Part shown: in pieces, positions 1 through 10,452 of the stretch
Position numbering within the stretch: position 1 is the stretch's first letter
Layout: every line of letters starts with the position of its first letter
DNA from: Candidatus Cryptoclostridium obscurum
GTDB lineage: Bacteria; Bacillota; Dehalobacteriia; UBA7702
Reading direction: 5' to 3'
Assembly: GCA_904420535.1 (NCBI GenBank)
Contig: CAJFVQ010000009.1
Span: forward strand, 7,694-71,693
Length of the DNA stretch: 64,000 nt
Notes under the pieces: model-generated
What the model was told of the DNA's origin: nothing
What the model saw: only the letters and a program-made list of their open reading frames with translations
The model's database searches: none
Program-made: the position numbers and the translations under genes

Positions 1-2
1 AT

Positions 3-746
3 CTAGAGGAAATTTTAGAAGTTGCCGACGGCATTATGGTGGCCCGGGGTGATTTAGGGGTGGAGATTCCCTTGGCTGAGGTGCCTTTGGTGCAGAAGAA
101 AATGATACATCTTTGTAACCAATGGGGGAAGCCGGTGATTACTGCGACTCAGATGTTGGACTCTATGACCCAAAATCCCCGGCCTACCCGAGCGGAAGTG
201 AATGATGTAGCCAATGCCATTTTTGACGGTTCCGACGCAGTAATGCTGTCAGGCGAGTCTGCCGCGGGAAAATTTCCTGTGGCGGCAGTTCGCACCATGG
301 CGGAAATCGCCGTTACGGCAGAGCAGTCTTTGGATCCCACCGCGTTTTGGGAAATACCAGTTGACGGTAAGGATATTCAAGTCAATGTGTCGGATTCTAT
401 TGGACGTTCTGTCGTTGGAATGGCTGCTTCCCTCGGAGCGAAGGCCATTATTATCCCCACGAATAGCGGTGAAACTGCGAGGTTAATTGCCCGTTTCCGC
501 CCTAACATACCAATGGTGGCCACCTCTCCTCATGAAGAGGTATGCCGCCGATTGGCTTTAACCTGGGGGATTGAGTGTCACTGTCAAGCAAAGTCAGAAG
601 GGACTGACGAAACAATTGGTGGTGCCATCGCCATTGCCAAAAAATACCATAATATAAAATGTGGTGATTTAGTAATTGTTACCGCAGGTTCCCCTTTGGG
701 ATTTACATCGAGCACCAATTTATTATTGGCTGCCGCAGTGAAATGA
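3..746 (+). CDS. pyk: Pyruvate kinase, C-terminal part (gene starts before the window)
   Basis: Frame open from position 3; signature DGIMVARGDLGVE, ATQMLDSM, PRPTRAE, DAVMLSGESA. Confidence 0.97.
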   Translation, partial: LEEILEVADGIMVARGDLGVEIPLAEVPLVQKKMIHLCNQWGKPVITATQMLDSMTQNPRPTRAEVNDVANAIFDGSDAVMLSGESAAGKFPVAAVRTMAEIAVTAEQSLDPTAFWEIPVDGKDIQVNVSDSIGRSVVGMAASLGAKAIIIPTNSGETARLIARFRPNIPMVATSPHEEVCRRLALTWGIECHCQAKSEGTDETIGGAIAIAKKYHNIKCGDLVIVTAGSPLGFTSSTNLLLAAAVK

Positions 747-861
747 AAAACGATTCTCTTTCTCACTGTTTTTGCGTTTGAAACATAAAATATGTATAAA
801 ATATAGAGAAAGTGCGTATAATGTGGATAACAAAAAACGGAAAAGGAGGTCGTTTCGGGAT

Positions 862-1212
862 ATGGATGAAGCCGATAAAGAATACTTTACACTAAAAGAT
901 GTGGCAAACCGTTGCGGGACCAGCTATGGTATTGTAAAACGCGATATTGATAAAGGCATCTTACCGGCATACCGCGTGGGAAGAAAATATTTTATTGCCA
1001 AGGATGAAATGAGTGAATACGTTGCCAAGGCAGCGGAAAAGTGGGGAATCGAAGGTTACTCCATTCAGGATATCATGGGGCGCATCCCATTGAGTTACGC
1101 TTTCGTAATGGATTTAATCAAAACGGGAAAACTCCCTGCTGTGAAAGTCGGCAGGCAGTATATTGTTCCCAAAGGTGAATTCGAAAAGTTTATGGAAAAT
1201 AAAAAAATGTAA
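862..1212 (+). CDS. Tandem excisionase-type (HTH_17/MerR-like) DNA-binding protein
   Basis: RBS AGGAGG 844-849, ATG 862; two repeats YFTLKDVA...GILPAYRVGRKYFI and YSIQDIM...GKLPAVKVGRQYIV. Confidence 0.8.
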   Translation: MDEADKEYFTLKDVANRCGTSYGIVKRDIDKGILPAYRVGRKYFIAKDEMSEYVAKAAEKWGIEGYSIQDIMGRIPLSYAFVMDLIKTGKLPAVKVGRQYIVPKGEFEKFMENKKM

Positions 1213-1214
1213 GA

Positions 1215-1243
1215 AATTCCCCCTCCAAAGGGGGATTTTTTTT
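1215..1243 (+). terminator. Intrinsic terminator
   Basis: AATTCCCCCT-CCAA-AGGGGGATTT followed by a T run, right after the stop codon. Confidence 0.85.
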
Positions 1244-1417
1244 GCGGATGTCGAATAATAAATAAGGTAATAAGATAGAATTTGGTGGTTTATGCCCTTG
1301 ATGCTTTATGATGAGTTGGGGCGTAAATCGTATGGATGATTATGACGATATTTGATAATCGCTGAAAATGATTTAGTTTCGTGTCTGATTACTTCTCATA
1401 GAAAGGAGCGTGACCTA

Positions 1418-1879
1418 TTGGGGAAAGAATATCGGCTTGTTCGGCGTTGTAACCAAACAAGCACCCCGCAAAAAGAAAAAGAGGATACCGTAACAGAACT
1501 GAGCGAAGAAGAGCTGAATGCGTTAATCGATGCCAAAGTGGAAGAGCGGCTGAAAGAAGCAAGCGAGAAAAAGGATCGCAATCATGATGATTACGTATCG
1601 GAGCGCCAATGGTGGGCCATTGAGAAAGTAGCCGCTTATTTAGAACATTCCCGACTCAACGAGTATGTCGCCCTGATTGAAAAGCCAAGCCATTGGATGC
1701 GAATCAATATTATTGGCGGCATTGCCCGAGGTATTGGGATGGCCATCGGTTTTTCCTTATTGGGAGCCGGTGTTTTTCTGGTCTTACAGGAAATTGTTAT
1801 GTGGAATTTGCCGGGCATCAGCGACTTTATTGCCCAGATTCTCGACCTTGTGGAACGCAGTCGGGCTCTGAATCCATAA
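1418..1879 (+). CDS. DUF5665-like membrane protein (start uncertain, TTG after AAGGAG)
   Basis: LEHSRLNEYVALIEKP...NIIGGIARGIGMAIGFSLLG...NLPGISDFIAQI pattern typical of this family. Confidence 0.7.
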   Translation: MGKEYRLVRRCNQTSTPQKEKEDTVTELSEEELNALIDAKVEERLKEASEKKDRNHDDYVSERQWWAIEKVAAYLEHSRLNEYVALIEKPSHWMRINIIGGIARGIGMAIGFSLLGAGVFLVLQEIVMWNLPGISDFIAQILDLVERSRALNP

Positions 1880-1904
1880 ATTAAAATCTTAAAGGAACAC
1901 TGCT

Positions 1905-2366
1905 ATGTTGTATTTTATCATCATGTTTGCCTTGGTGGCATTGGATCAACTTACAAAATATTTGGTGCTTTCGACCATGAGTTTGGGGCAAAGTATCCCT
2001 TTGGTGGGGGTTATTAAATTTACATATATTCAGAATACGGGCATGGCTTTTGGTCTTTTTCATAATGCCTCTTGGTTTTTTACAGTCGTTTCTATTATGA
2101 CTGTGATTCTTGTCATCTTGGTTCTGATTTTGTGGAAGAAGCCTTTCATTGCTCAGTATCACTTACCATTATCCATTGTGATTGGCGGTGCCGTGGGAAA
2201 TTTGATTGATCGCATTTTCCGTGGTTATGTGGTAGATTTTATTGATTTCACTTATTGGCCCGTGTTTAACGTAGCGGATATTGCCGTTTGTGTCGGTGTA
2301 ATTTTATTGGCGATTCAGATCTTCCGGGAAGGATCCTCAGAACAGGGAAACATAGAAAACAAATAA
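1905..2366 (+). CDS. lspA: Lipoprotein signal peptidase II
   Basis: DQLTK, NTGMAFG, GGAVGNLIDR, VVDFI, FNVAD motifs. Confidence 0.97.
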   Translation: MLYFIIMFALVALDQLTKYLVLSTMSLGQSIPLVGVIKFTYIQNTGMAFGLFHNASWFFTVVSIMTVILVILVLILWKKPFIAQYHLPLSIVIGGAVGNLIDRIFRGYVVDFIDFTYWPVFNVADIAVCVGVILLAIQIFREGSSEQGNIENK

Positions 2367-2376
2367 GGAATGAAAT

Positions 2377-3300
2377 ATGTCAAAATTCATTTATTCGTTA
2401 AATACTTCCATGCGTCTTGATGTATATGTCAAAGAAAGATTCGAAGATCTATCTCGCAGCCGCGTGGGGGCTTTGATTAAAGATGGCAAGATCACCGTCA
2501 ATGGTAAACAGGTCAAGGCAGGATACCCTTTGACTCATGGAGATGAAATTGTTGTAGAAATTCCCGAAGAGGTCCCCTTGGAGATCAAGGCGGCGCCGAT
2601 TCCCCTAGATGTTATCTATGAGGATCACGACGTGATCGTGGTCAACAAACCCAGGGGTATGGTAGTTCATCCGGCGCCCGGCAATGAAGATCATACCCTT
2701 GTCAACGCTTTGCTGGCCCATTGTGATGATCTTTCGGGAATCAACGGTGTGATTCGCCCCGGCATTGTCCATCGGATTGATAAAGATACTTCTGGCCTTT
2801 TATTGGTGGCAAAAAATGATAAAGCTCATACAGCCCTGGCAGAGCAATTAAAAGAACACTCCATTCACCGTGCGTATCAGGCCATTGTCTGCGGCTCCGT
2901 GGCAGAACCTCAAGGGATTGTAGATTGTCCCATTGGTCGGCATCCTGTGGATCGCAAAAAAAGGGCTGTGACTCCTAAAAATTCTAAACCTGCGGTAACC
3001 CATTATCGCGTTTTGGAACGATTCCCTGATTTCAGTCCGGATTATACGCTAATTGAGGCAAGGTTGGAAACAGGACGTACTCATCAGATTCGCGTTCATA
3101 TGAAATATATCGGCCACCCTTTGTTGGGGGATCCTCTTTATGGCAAGGGGGATAAAAACCCCTTTCGCCTTATGGGACAGGCGCTCCATGCGGGAGAAAT
3201 TGGTTTTGTCCACCCCACCACAGGTGCGTATCTGGAATTCTCTGTGGAGCCCCCGGAGGAAATTAAAAAGATTTTGAGAGAATTGCGGAAAAGTCATTGA
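2377..3300 (+). CDS. rluD: RluA/RluD-family 23S rRNA pseudouridine synthase with S4 domain
   Basis: RLD S4 start, VNKPRGMVVHP, HRIDKDTSG, TGRTHQIRVH, GDPLYG; follows lspA. Confidence 0.93.
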   Translation: MSKFIYSLNTSMRLDVYVKERFEDLSRSRVGALIKDGKITVNGKQVKAGYPLTHGDEIVVEIPEEVPLEIKAAPIPLDVIYEDHDVIVVNKPRGMVVHPAPGNEDHTLVNALLAHCDDLSGINGVIRPGIVHRIDKDTSGLLLVAKNDKAHTALAEQLKEHSIHRAYQAIVCGSVAEPQGIVDCPIGRHPVDRKKRAVTPKNSKPAVTHYRVLERFPDFSPDYTLIEARLETGRTHQIRVHMKYIGHPLLGDPLYGKGDKNPFRLMGQALHAGEIGFVHPTTGAYLEFSVEPPEEIKKILRELRKSH

Positions 3301-3325
3301 AATCAGAAAAGAATTGCGTTATAAT
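3297..3325 (+). promoter_or_regulatory. Sigma-A promoter of the pyr operon
   Basis: TTGAAA (3297-3302), 17 bp, TATAAT (3320-3325). Confidence 0.8.
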
Positions 3326-3341
3326 ATAAAAAATTGTATTT

Positions 3342-3498
3342 CCTTTAATGTGTCCCGTGAGGCACCAAGGCAAATTTGATTGGCGGATCAAAATGATGCG
3401 CAATCTTTTTATGATGATTTTCGCAATATTTTGCTGTGGCAAATAATTGTTGGTTGATCGATAACTGCGCCTTGTCCTCTAGAGGACAAGGCGTTTTT
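3342..3498 (+). promoter_or_regulatory. PyrR-binding attenuator leader
   Basis: CCTTTAATGTGTCCCGTGAGGCACCAAGG resembles the PyrR binding loop; terminator CGCCTTGTCCTCT/AGAGGACAAGGCG plus TTTTT (3468-3498) directly upstream of pyrR. Confidence 0.85.
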
Positions 3499-3530
3499 CA
3501 ATAGGAAATACGGAAAGGTTGTGACGCATT

Positions 3531-4085
3531 ATGGCGAGACAAAAACGGATCAAGTCTGAAGTCATGTCCTCTATGGATATTAAACGTGGTCTTACCAGAA
3601 TTGCCCATGAAATTTTGGAAAAAAACCATGGCAGTGAAGACTTGGTTCTCATTGGAATTCGCACCCGTGGTGTTTTTTTGGCGGAACGGATTGCTGCAAT
3701 TATTGAAGAGTTTGAAGGCACAAAAGTAGACGTTGGCATCCTCGATATTACCCTTTATCGCGATGACATCGCCGCCATGGGGGCAAATCCCATCGTAAGG
3801 GAAAGCCAGGTCCCTTTTGACCTCACTGGGAAAAAAGTTGTGCTGGTAGATGATGTATTATATACGGGACGTACCATTCGGGCAGCGCTTGATGCAATCT
3901 TCGATTTGGGACGTCCTTCTTTTATTCGTTTGGCAGTCCTTGTTGACCGTGGGCATCGGGAACTTCCCGTACGCGCTGACTATGTGGGGAAAAATATCCC
4001 CACATCCCATCTGGAAGCGGTGGAAGTCCGTTTGGAAGAATACGACGGTGATGACGCCGTTGTTTTAGAAGAATACATTGATTAG
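3531..4085 (+). CDS. pyrR: Pyrimidine operon attenuator protein / uracil PRTase
   Basis: [38 protein letters not shown]. Confidence 0.97.
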   Translation: MARQKRIKSEVMSSMDIKRGLTRIAHEILEKNHGSEDLVLIGIRTRGVFLAERIAAIIEEFEGTKVDVGILDITLYRDDIAAMGANPIVRESQVPFDLTGKKVVLVDDVLYTGRTIRAALDAIFDLGRPSFIRLAVLVDRGHRELPVRADYVGKNIPTSHLEAVEVRLEEYDGDDAVVLEEYID

Positions 4086-4096
4086 GAGGTGACATC

Positions 4097-5026
4097 GTGG
4101 CTTTACCGACCAAAGACCTCATCGATCTGGAATTTTTGACTGCCGAAGAGATCATGGAGATCCTCGAAACAGCAAAACCAATGAAAGATGTATTGAAACG
4201 TAAAATCAAAACTGTTCCCGCCTTAAGGGGAAAAACCGTTGCCACGTTGTTCTATGAAAACAGCACCAGAACAAGATTATCCTTTGAACTGGCTGCAAAA
4301 TATCTCAGTGCAGGAACTTGCAATATCTCCTCTTCGGCGTCGAGCGTTGCCAAAGGCGAAAGTTTGCAGGATACCGGTCGCACCTTGGATGCCATGGGTA
4401 CGGATATTATCATCATTCGTCATAATATGTCCGGGGCCCCAAAACTTTTGGGGGAAGCCGTAAATGCCCGGGTCATCAATGCTGGCGATGGTACCCATGC
4501 CCATCCTACCCAAGCTCTTTTAGACTTATTTACCATTCTCGAACGAAAAGGGCAGATCAAAGGATTAACCGTGACCATTCTGGGGGACATTCTTCACAGC
4601 CGTGTGGCAAGATCTAATATCTGGGGATTAACAAAACTCGGCGCCCATGTACGTGTTTGTGGTCCGCCGACACTGATGCCCACAGAAGTGGAACAAATGG
4701 GAGCCAAAGTTTATTATGATATTGACGAAGCATTGGAAGGGTCCGATGTGGTAAATGTTCTCCGTATTCAATTGGAGCGCCAGCAGAAAGGGCTGTTTCC
4801 CTCCATTGAAGAATATGCTAAATGCTATGCAATGACGGAAGAACGGTTGAAACGGGCCAAAAGTGATCTTTTGGTGCTCCATCCCGGACCTATGAACCGT
4901 ACCATTGAGATCCCTACGGCAGTGGCGGATTCCGCCCAATGTACTGTGGAAGAACAAGTAACGAACGGTGTCGCCTGTCGTATGGCTTTGCTTTATCTCA
5001 TGTCGGGAGGTGGTCAGGATGAATAA
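4097..5026 (+). CDS. pyrB: Aspartate carbamoyltransferase catalytic subunit
   Basis: FYENSTRTR, HPTQALLD, HPGP motifs. Confidence 0.97.
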   Translation: MALPTKDLIDLEFLTAEEIMEILETAKPMKDVLKRKIKTVPALRGKTVATLFYENSTRTRLSFELAAKYLSAGTCNISSSASSVAKGESLQDTGRTLDAMGTDIIIIRHNMSGAPKLLGEAVNARVINAGDGTHAHPTQALLDLFTILERKGQIKGLTVTILGDILHSRVARSNIWGLTKLGAHVRVCGPPTLMPTEVEQMGAKVYYDIDEALEGSDVVNVLRIQLERQQKGLFPSIEEYAKCYAMTEERLKRAKSDLLVLHPGPMNRTIEIPTAVADSAQCTVEEQVTNGVACRMALLYLMSGGGQDE

Positions 5027-6311
5027 GATTTTATTAAAGGGTGGCCGCGTCATTGATCCTTCTCGGGGCTATGATATGGTCGGTGATGTGCTCATCGATG
5101 GCGGGGTCATCGCGGCGGTGGCAGAGTCGATTGCGGCGGAAGATGCCGAAGTTATTGATGTCAGCAAAAAAATTGTGGCACCGGGACTTATTGATATCCA
5201 TTGTCATCTGCGGGAACCTGGATTTGAACGGAAGGAAACCATCGCCACCGGTACCATGGCAGCAGCAGCCGGTGGATTTACCTCGGTGATGGCCATGCCA
5301 AATACCAATCCTGTGGCCGATAATCCCGCCGCCATGCACTATGTGAAGAATAAAGGTGAGCAAGAAGGCCATGTCCATGTTTATCCCATCGGTGCAATTA
5401 CCAAAGGGAGTCAAGGGAAAGAGCTGGCAGAAATGGCTTCTATGGTAGAAGCGGGAGCCGTGGCCTTTTCCGACGACGGACGTCCGGTGGAGAACAGTCG
5501 AATCATGCGCCTTGCTTTGGAATATAGCCTAATTTTCGATTTACCTATCATTGCTCATGAAGAAGATCTGGATCTGGTAGATGAAGGTGATATGCACGAA
5601 GGTTACATGTCTACGGTTTTGGGATTACGAGGGATTCCCAGGGCTGCTGAGGAGACGATGATTGCCCGAGATATCATTTTAGCCCGCCAAACCAAAGCCC
5701 ATCTCCATGTGGCCCATGTCAGCACCGCCAATGGTGTGGAAATGATTCGGAAAGCCAAAAGGGAGGGCCTCAATGTCACAGCGGAGGTTACCCCCCATCA
5801 TTTGACCCTCACCGACGAAGCGGTGAAAACGTATGATACCAATACTAAAGTGAATCCGCCCCTCCGCGAACAGTCCGATGTAGAAGCCTTGATTCAAGGA
5901 CTCAAGGAGGGAATCATTGATTGTGTAGCTACGGATCACGCGCCCCATACCATTGAGGATAAAGTGATTGAATTTCATTTTGCCGCCAACGGCATCAGCG
6001 GTTTTGAAACAGCCTTGCCACTGATGTGGCACTATCTCGTTCATAGTGGTAAATTTACTCCCATGGAGATGCTCCGCATGATGAGTACTCGCCCGGCGGA
6101 GATTATGAAGCTTCCCGGCGGTACTTTGCAAGAAGGCGCTCCCGCCGATATTGTGGTCATCGATGAGACCTTGGAAAAAACAGTGGACGGTAAGTCTTTT
6201 TATTCCAAAGGAAAGAATACGCCCTACGAAGGCGTTTCTTTGAAGGGCTGGCCGGTGATGACTCTTGTGGACGGTATTGTCAAAATGGAAAACGGTGTGG
6301 TAAAGGAGTGA
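5019..6311 (+). CDS. pyrC: Dihydroorotase
   Basis: ATG 5019 after GGAGG; DIHCHLREPG, MPNT, KVNPPLR, ATDHAPH. Confidence 0.96.
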   Translation: MNKILLKGGRVIDPSRGYDMVGDVLIDGGVIAAVAESIAAEDAEVIDVSKKIVAPGLIDIHCHLREPGFERKETIATGTMAAAAGGFTSVMAMPNTNPVADNPAAMHYVKNKGEQEGHVHVYPIGAITKGSQGKELAEMASMVEAGAVAFSDDGRPVENSRIMRLALEYSLIFDLPIIAHEEDLDLVDEGDMHEGYMSTVLGLRGIPRAAEETMIARDIILARQTKAHLHVAHVSTANGVEMIRKAKREGLNVTAEVTPHHLTLTDEAVKTYDTNTKVNPPLREQSDVEALIQGLKEGIIDCVATDHAPHTIEDKVIEFHFAANGISGFETALPLMWHYLVHSGKFTPMEMLRMMSTRPAEIMKLPGGTLQEGAPADIVVIDETLEKTVDGKSFYSKGKNTPYEGVSLKGWPVMTLVDGIVKMENGVVKE

Positions 6312-6315
6312 TCGT

Positions 6316-7089
6316 ATGGTAGAACATGGAACAATCCTCGCCAATGAAAAGGTTGGCCAGGATATATGGCGCATGGAAATAGCCGCTCCGAAGATTGCGG
6401 CGGTGGCCGTGCCAGGGCAATTCGTCAATGTGCGGCTTCACGATCGCATGGAGCCTTTGCTCCGTCGTCCCATCAGTCTTCATGGAATTGATACGGAAAA
6501 AGGAACCATTGCCTTCCTCTATTTGGTGGTAGGGAAAGGCACCATGATGATGACAGAAATGCAGGCAAGTCAAGATATTAATTTGCTGGGGCCTTTGGGC
6601 AGAGGATTTTCTTTGGATTTTGAGGGAAATCGCGCTGTGGTGATTGGCGGGGGAATCGGTTCTGCGCCGTTATATCCTTTGATCCAAGCGCTGCGAGAAA
6701 AAGGGAAACAAGTCGTACTGATTTTGGGAGCACGATCTAAGGAAAGTATCGTGGCTTTGGAGCTTTATCATGCTATTGGCGCTGAATGTAAGATCGCCAC
6801 GGAAGACGGATCCATGGGAGTGAAAGGTTTTGTTACCGATATTTTAGAGGAAGAATTCAAGAATGGAACCTGCGATTACCTCTATACCTGCGGCCCCATT
6901 CCCATGCTGCATGCTATTGAATCCATGGCAGAACAATACGGTGTCAAGGGCGAAATCTCCACCGAAGCTCATATGGGTTGTGGATTGGGACTCTGCCTTT
7001 CCTGTTCCGTCAAAGGCAAGGATGGAAGAAACCGTAAGGTTTGTCAAGCGGGGCCTGTGTTCAGATTGGGGGAATTAAGCTATGAGTAA
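6316..7089 (+). CDS. pyrK: Dihydroorotate dehydrogenase B electron-transfer subunit
   Basis: [31 protein letters not shown]...C 2Fe-2S motif. Confidence 0.93.
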   Translation: MVEHGTILANEKVGQDIWRMEIAAPKIAAVAVPGQFVNVRLHDRMEPLLRRPISLHGIDTEKGTIAFLYLVVGKGTMMMTEMQASQDINLLGPLGRGFSLDFEGNRAVVIGGGIGSAPLYPLIQALREKGKQVVLILGARSKESIVALELYHAIGAECKIATEDGSMGVKGFVTDILEEEFKNGTCDYLYTCGPIPMLHAIESMAEQYGVKGEISTEAHMGCGLGLCLSCSVKGKDGRNRKVCQAGPVFRLGELSYE

Positions 7090-7999
7090 AGTCAATACTA
7101 CGGTGCATTTAAGCGGTCTCACCATGAAAAATCCAGTCACGACCGGTTCTGGTACCTTCGGTTCCGGTTTGGAGATGAAGGACTATGTGGACCTCACAAA
7201 ATTAGGTGCCATTACCGTAAAAGGAACGACGTTGGAAGCTCGTCCTGGCAATATTTCTCCTCGTATCGCTGAGACTCCTGCGGGAATATTGAACTCTATC
7301 GGTTTGGAAAACCCCGGTGTCGATGTTTTTATCAAATATATATTGCCCCAGGTGGCTAAATACGAAACTCCCATCATCGTAAATATCGCCGGCAGCAGTG
7401 TGGAAGATTACGGCGAAATCTCTTCCATTCTCGATCTGGAAGAAAATGTGGCAGCATTGGAGATCAATATTTCTTGCCCCAATGTAAAAAACGGCGGAAT
7501 GGCTTTTGGCACCAACCCGCAAACAGCATATGATGCCATTCACCAGGTACGAAAAAACACATCGAAACCGATCTTTGCCAAACTCTCTCCCAATGTTACT
7601 GATATTGTAGAAATGGCAAAGGTTGCGGAAAAAGCAGGAGCCGATGGACTTTCCCTGATCAATACTTTGCTGGGGATGGCCATTGATATTAAGAAAAAAC
7701 GTCCCGTCCTCGGCAATGTAATGGGAGGTCTCTCCGGTCCGGCCATTAAGCCGGTGGCACTGCGTATGGTGTATCAGGTTTCTCAAGCTGTGAATCTTCC
7801 TATCATCGGACAAGGAGGCATCGTTTGCTGGGAGGATGCCGTGGAATTTCTTCTGGCTGGCGCCACCGCAGTTTCTGTGGGAACCGGTAATTTTTTAGAA
7901 CCCGATACCACCATGAAAGTGGCAGAGGGGATCGAGCAATATCTGAATGATAACGGTTATAGCGACGTCAACGAGATCATCGGTTTGGCATGGCGATAA
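7082..7999 (+). CDS. pyrD: Dihydroorotate dehydrogenase (family 1B) catalytic subunit
   Basis: [30 protein letters not shown]. Confidence 0.96.
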   Translation: MSKVNTTVHLSGLTMKNPVTTGSGTFGSGLEMKDYVDLTKLGAITVKGTTLEARPGNISPRIAETPAGILNSIGLENPGVDVFIKYILPQVAKYETPIIVNIAGSSVEDYGEISSILDLEENVAALEINISCPNVKNGGMAFGTNPQTAYDAIHQVRKNTSKPIFAKLSPNVTDIVEMAKVAEKAGADGLSLINTLLGMAIDIKKKRPVLGNVMGGLSGPAIKPVALRMVYQVSQAVNLPIIGQGGIVCWEDAVEFLLAGATAVSVGTGNFLEPDTTMKVAEGIEQYLNDNGYSDVNEIIGLAWR

Positions 8000-8025
8000 C
8001 GGTAAAACGAAAGAAGGAGAAGAAA

Positions 8026-8745
8026 ATGAAAGATAAAATCATTGTGGCATTGGATGTTCCCACCAAGGAAGAAGCCCTTGCCATTGTAGAAGAATTGGGT
8101 GACGCCGTAGGCGCCTATAAAATCGGTATGCAGCTCTATAATGCCGTAGGACCGGAGATCTTGGACGAAGTGGCCAAACGTAACGGCAAAGTGTTTCTGG
8201 ATCTGAAATTTCATGATATTCCCAATACTGTGGCATCGGCCGCTCGTACTGTCGCAAATCTTGGTGTATTCATGTTCAATGTCCACGCCAGCGGCGGCTA
8301 TACGATGATGGCCGAAGCAGTCAAAGCACTCAAAGAGGAATCGGAACAGCTGGGTGTAGAAAAACCTCTGCTGATCGCCGTTACTGTATTAACCAGCATG
8401 AGCGAAGAAGAAATGCAAAAGGAAGTCGGTGTCAGCCGAAGCATCGGCGAACAGGTGGTGGCATTGGCAAAAATGGCTAAGGAAGCCGGCATGGACGGTG
8501 TGGTGGCATCACCTCTGGAAATTGAAATGATCCGAGAAGCTTGCGGTCCTGATTTCCTTATCGTTACCCCGGGAATCCGTCCTCGTGACGCGGCGTTGGG
8601 TGATCAAAAACGGGTCAAAACTCCCGGTGAAGCCGTGCGTGACGGAGCAGATTATCTGGTGATTGGCCGTCCCATTACCAAAGCGTCTGATCGCATGACT
8701 GCGGTCAAAGACATCGTATCGGAAATCGAATCCCTGAATATGTGA
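8026..8745 (+). CDS. pyrF: Orotidine-5'-phosphate decarboxylase
   Basis: IIVALD, DLKFHDIPNT, AVTVLTS, TPGIRP, GRPI. Confidence 0.97.
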   Translation: MKDKIIVALDVPTKEEALAIVEELGDAVGAYKIGMQLYNAVGPEILDEVAKRNGKVFLDLKFHDIPNTVASAARTVANLGVFMFNVHASGGYTMMAEAVKALKEESEQLGVEKPLLIAVTVLTSMSEEEMQKEVGVSRSIGEQVVALAKMAKEAGMDGVVASPLEIEMIREACGPDFLIVTPGIRPRDAALGDQKRVKTPGEAVRDGADYLVIGRPITKASDRMTAVKDIVSEIESLNM

Positions 8746-8772
8746 TATTATTTATATAAAGGAGAGATAATC

Positions 8773-9351
8773 ATGGATCAAAAAGAAATTTTGGAAATTT
8801 TTAAGAAATCCAATGCCTTGCTGGAAGGTCACTTCCTGCTCACTAGCGGCCGCCATTCCGATCGCTATATGCAGTGCGCTCAGGTGCTTCGCTTCCCCGA
8901 CTATACGGAAAAACTTTGCAAAGTGATTGTGGACGCTTACAAAGATGCCGGTGTGGAACTGGTTATTGGCCCCGCCATGGGGGGAATCTTGGTAGCATAT
9001 GAAGTGGCACGTCAACTTGGCGTTCCCAATATCTTCGCCGAGCGGGAAAACGGAAAAATGACCTTAAGAAGAAATTTCTCCATTGAAAAAGGACAGAAGG
9101 TTCTGGTGGTGGAAGACGTTGTGACCACCGGCGGTTCTGTACAGGAAGTTATCGACATTGTTCGGGAGCAAGGCGGGGAAGTGGTCGGCGTCGGTGTTCT
9201 CGTAGATCGCAGCAATGGAAAAGTTGATTTGGGCGTAAAGCTTTGTCCTGTCCTCTCGATGGAAGTGGTGAGCTATGAAGCCGCTGATTGCCCCATGTGT
9301 AAAGCCGGGGAATCGGAACCTTACAAACCCGGCAGTCGCAGTTTGAAATAA
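8773..9351 (+). CDS. pyrE: Orotate phosphoribosyltransferase
   Basis: GHFLLTSGRHS, VVEDVVTTGGS PRPP motif. Confidence 0.96.
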   Translation: MDQKEILEIFKKSNALLEGHFLLTSGRHSDRYMQCAQVLRFPDYTEKLCKVIVDAYKDAGVELVIGPAMGGILVAYEVARQLGVPNIFAERENGKMTLRRNFSIEKGQKVLVVEDVVTTGGSVQEVIDIVREQGGEVVGVGVLVDRSNGKVDLGVKLCPVLSMEVVSYEAADCPMCKAGESEPYKPGSRSLK

Positions 9352-9362
9352 TTACTCTATTA

Positions 9363-9414
9363 AATAAAATGATAAAATGGCAGGCGAAAACGCCTGCCAT
9401 TTTATCATTTTATT
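9363..9414. terminator. Bidirectional terminator, perfect 24-bp inverted repeat
   Basis: AATAAAATGATAAAATGGCAGGCG-AAAA-CGCCTGCCATTTTATCATTTTATT between convergent genes. Confidence 0.85.
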
Positions 9415-10289
9415 CGTTTTTTCAAGTTTTCTCGGAGATCCTTTCCCTTCTGCGATTCCAAATGAGGGAAGGAACGCAGCAAGCGGCGCTCCTGGCGACC
9501 TTGGGTTTTTTTCAATGCAGCAAATGTTTCTTCCATGTGTTTTTGTTTCGCTGAACGCCAACGATTGAATTGTTCCCTTGGATCTCCCAAAAGTTCTTCG
9601 TGCTCCCGTAAGTGCTCCCTGATCCTTTCTTTCCCCTCTTCCATGGAGGCGAAGATTTCCGTTTTGGTTCTTTCCTGCTCTTCCAGCCATTGGCGGAATC
9701 GCTCCTCAGTATTCTCCTTGGCCTCTTCGAGTTCGTGGCGCAATTTTTCCTCGGCTTCCTTCAGACGATCCAGATGGTGGCCCAGGCGCAATGTGGCGCG
9801 GACGGAGAAGATCAAATCAATGGCCATCCCGACGGTGAAAATCGCCACAGCTACTTCGATCCAAAGGAAGGGGGCCTTGGACATAACGGTTTCAAGGAAG
9901 GGATGAATCACCATGGTCAATATGAGACAAAGAATCCCAAAGAGCGTGGAATTCAGAAGACAGACCCGTCCGTTCAGATTGAAACGATGCTCGGAGTAAT
10001 CCCACCAACGCATATGAAAGAGTTTTTCCATCAGGACACTGACCATATATTCCAGAGCGCTGGTAAGAACCATCCCCAGGAGGAAAATGATCGTAGGATG
10101 ATCAGTATAGGGGTATAATGCCTGTAAAATAATGATGGCACCAAAGCCGTAGATGGGACAATAAGGACCGTTTAAAAATCCCCGTTCCGCGAAACTTCTC
10201 TGCCCTACCGAACAATAAATGGTCTCTGCCACCCATCCCAAAACGGAGTAGATATAAAAATACATGACCCATAGGATCGCATTTTCCAT
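9405..10289 (-). CDS. Putative ABC transporter permease (DUF1113-type) with C-terminal coiled coil
   Basis: YSVLGWVAET, RGFLNGPYCPIYGFG, WWDYS...NLNGRVCL motifs; charged helical tail. Confidence 0.85.
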   Translation of the reverse strand: MENAILWVMYFYIYSVLGWVAETIYCSVGQRSFAERGFLNGPYCPIYGFGAIIILQALYPYTDHPTIIFLLGMVLTSALEYMVSVLMEKLFHMRWWDYSEHRFNLNGRVCLLNSTLFGILCLILTMVIHPFLETVMSKAPFLWIEVAVAIFTVGMAIDLIFSVRATLRLGHHLDRLKEAEEKLRHELEEAKENTEERFRQWLEEQERTKTEIFASMEEGKERIREHLREHEELLGDPREQFNRWRSAKQKHMEETFAALKKTQGRQERRLLRSFPHLESQKGKDLRENLKKRIK

Positions 10290-10419
10290 AAAGATTTCCT
10301 TTCTCTTGAAGTTATTTTGTATCATAAAATAAGCAAAGTTTTCCTTTGCCTTATATTATAGCATAGGATTGTGATTTTTGAATCGTTATCTTTTCCTCAC
10401 GGAAAAAGTATGTTTTTCC

Positions 10420-10448
10420 TTGACAAAACATAGGAAAGCCATTATAAT
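10420..10448 (+). promoter_or_regulatory. Consensus sigma-A promoter of rplU
   Basis: TTGACA, 17 bp, TATAAT (perfect). Confidence 0.9.
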
Positions 10449-10452
10449 TATA

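Noticed and set aside
9363..9414. 24-bp perfect inverted repeat as a MITE or mobile-element end
   Set aside because: Single copy with a 4-nt loop between convergent genes; a bidirectional terminator is sufficient
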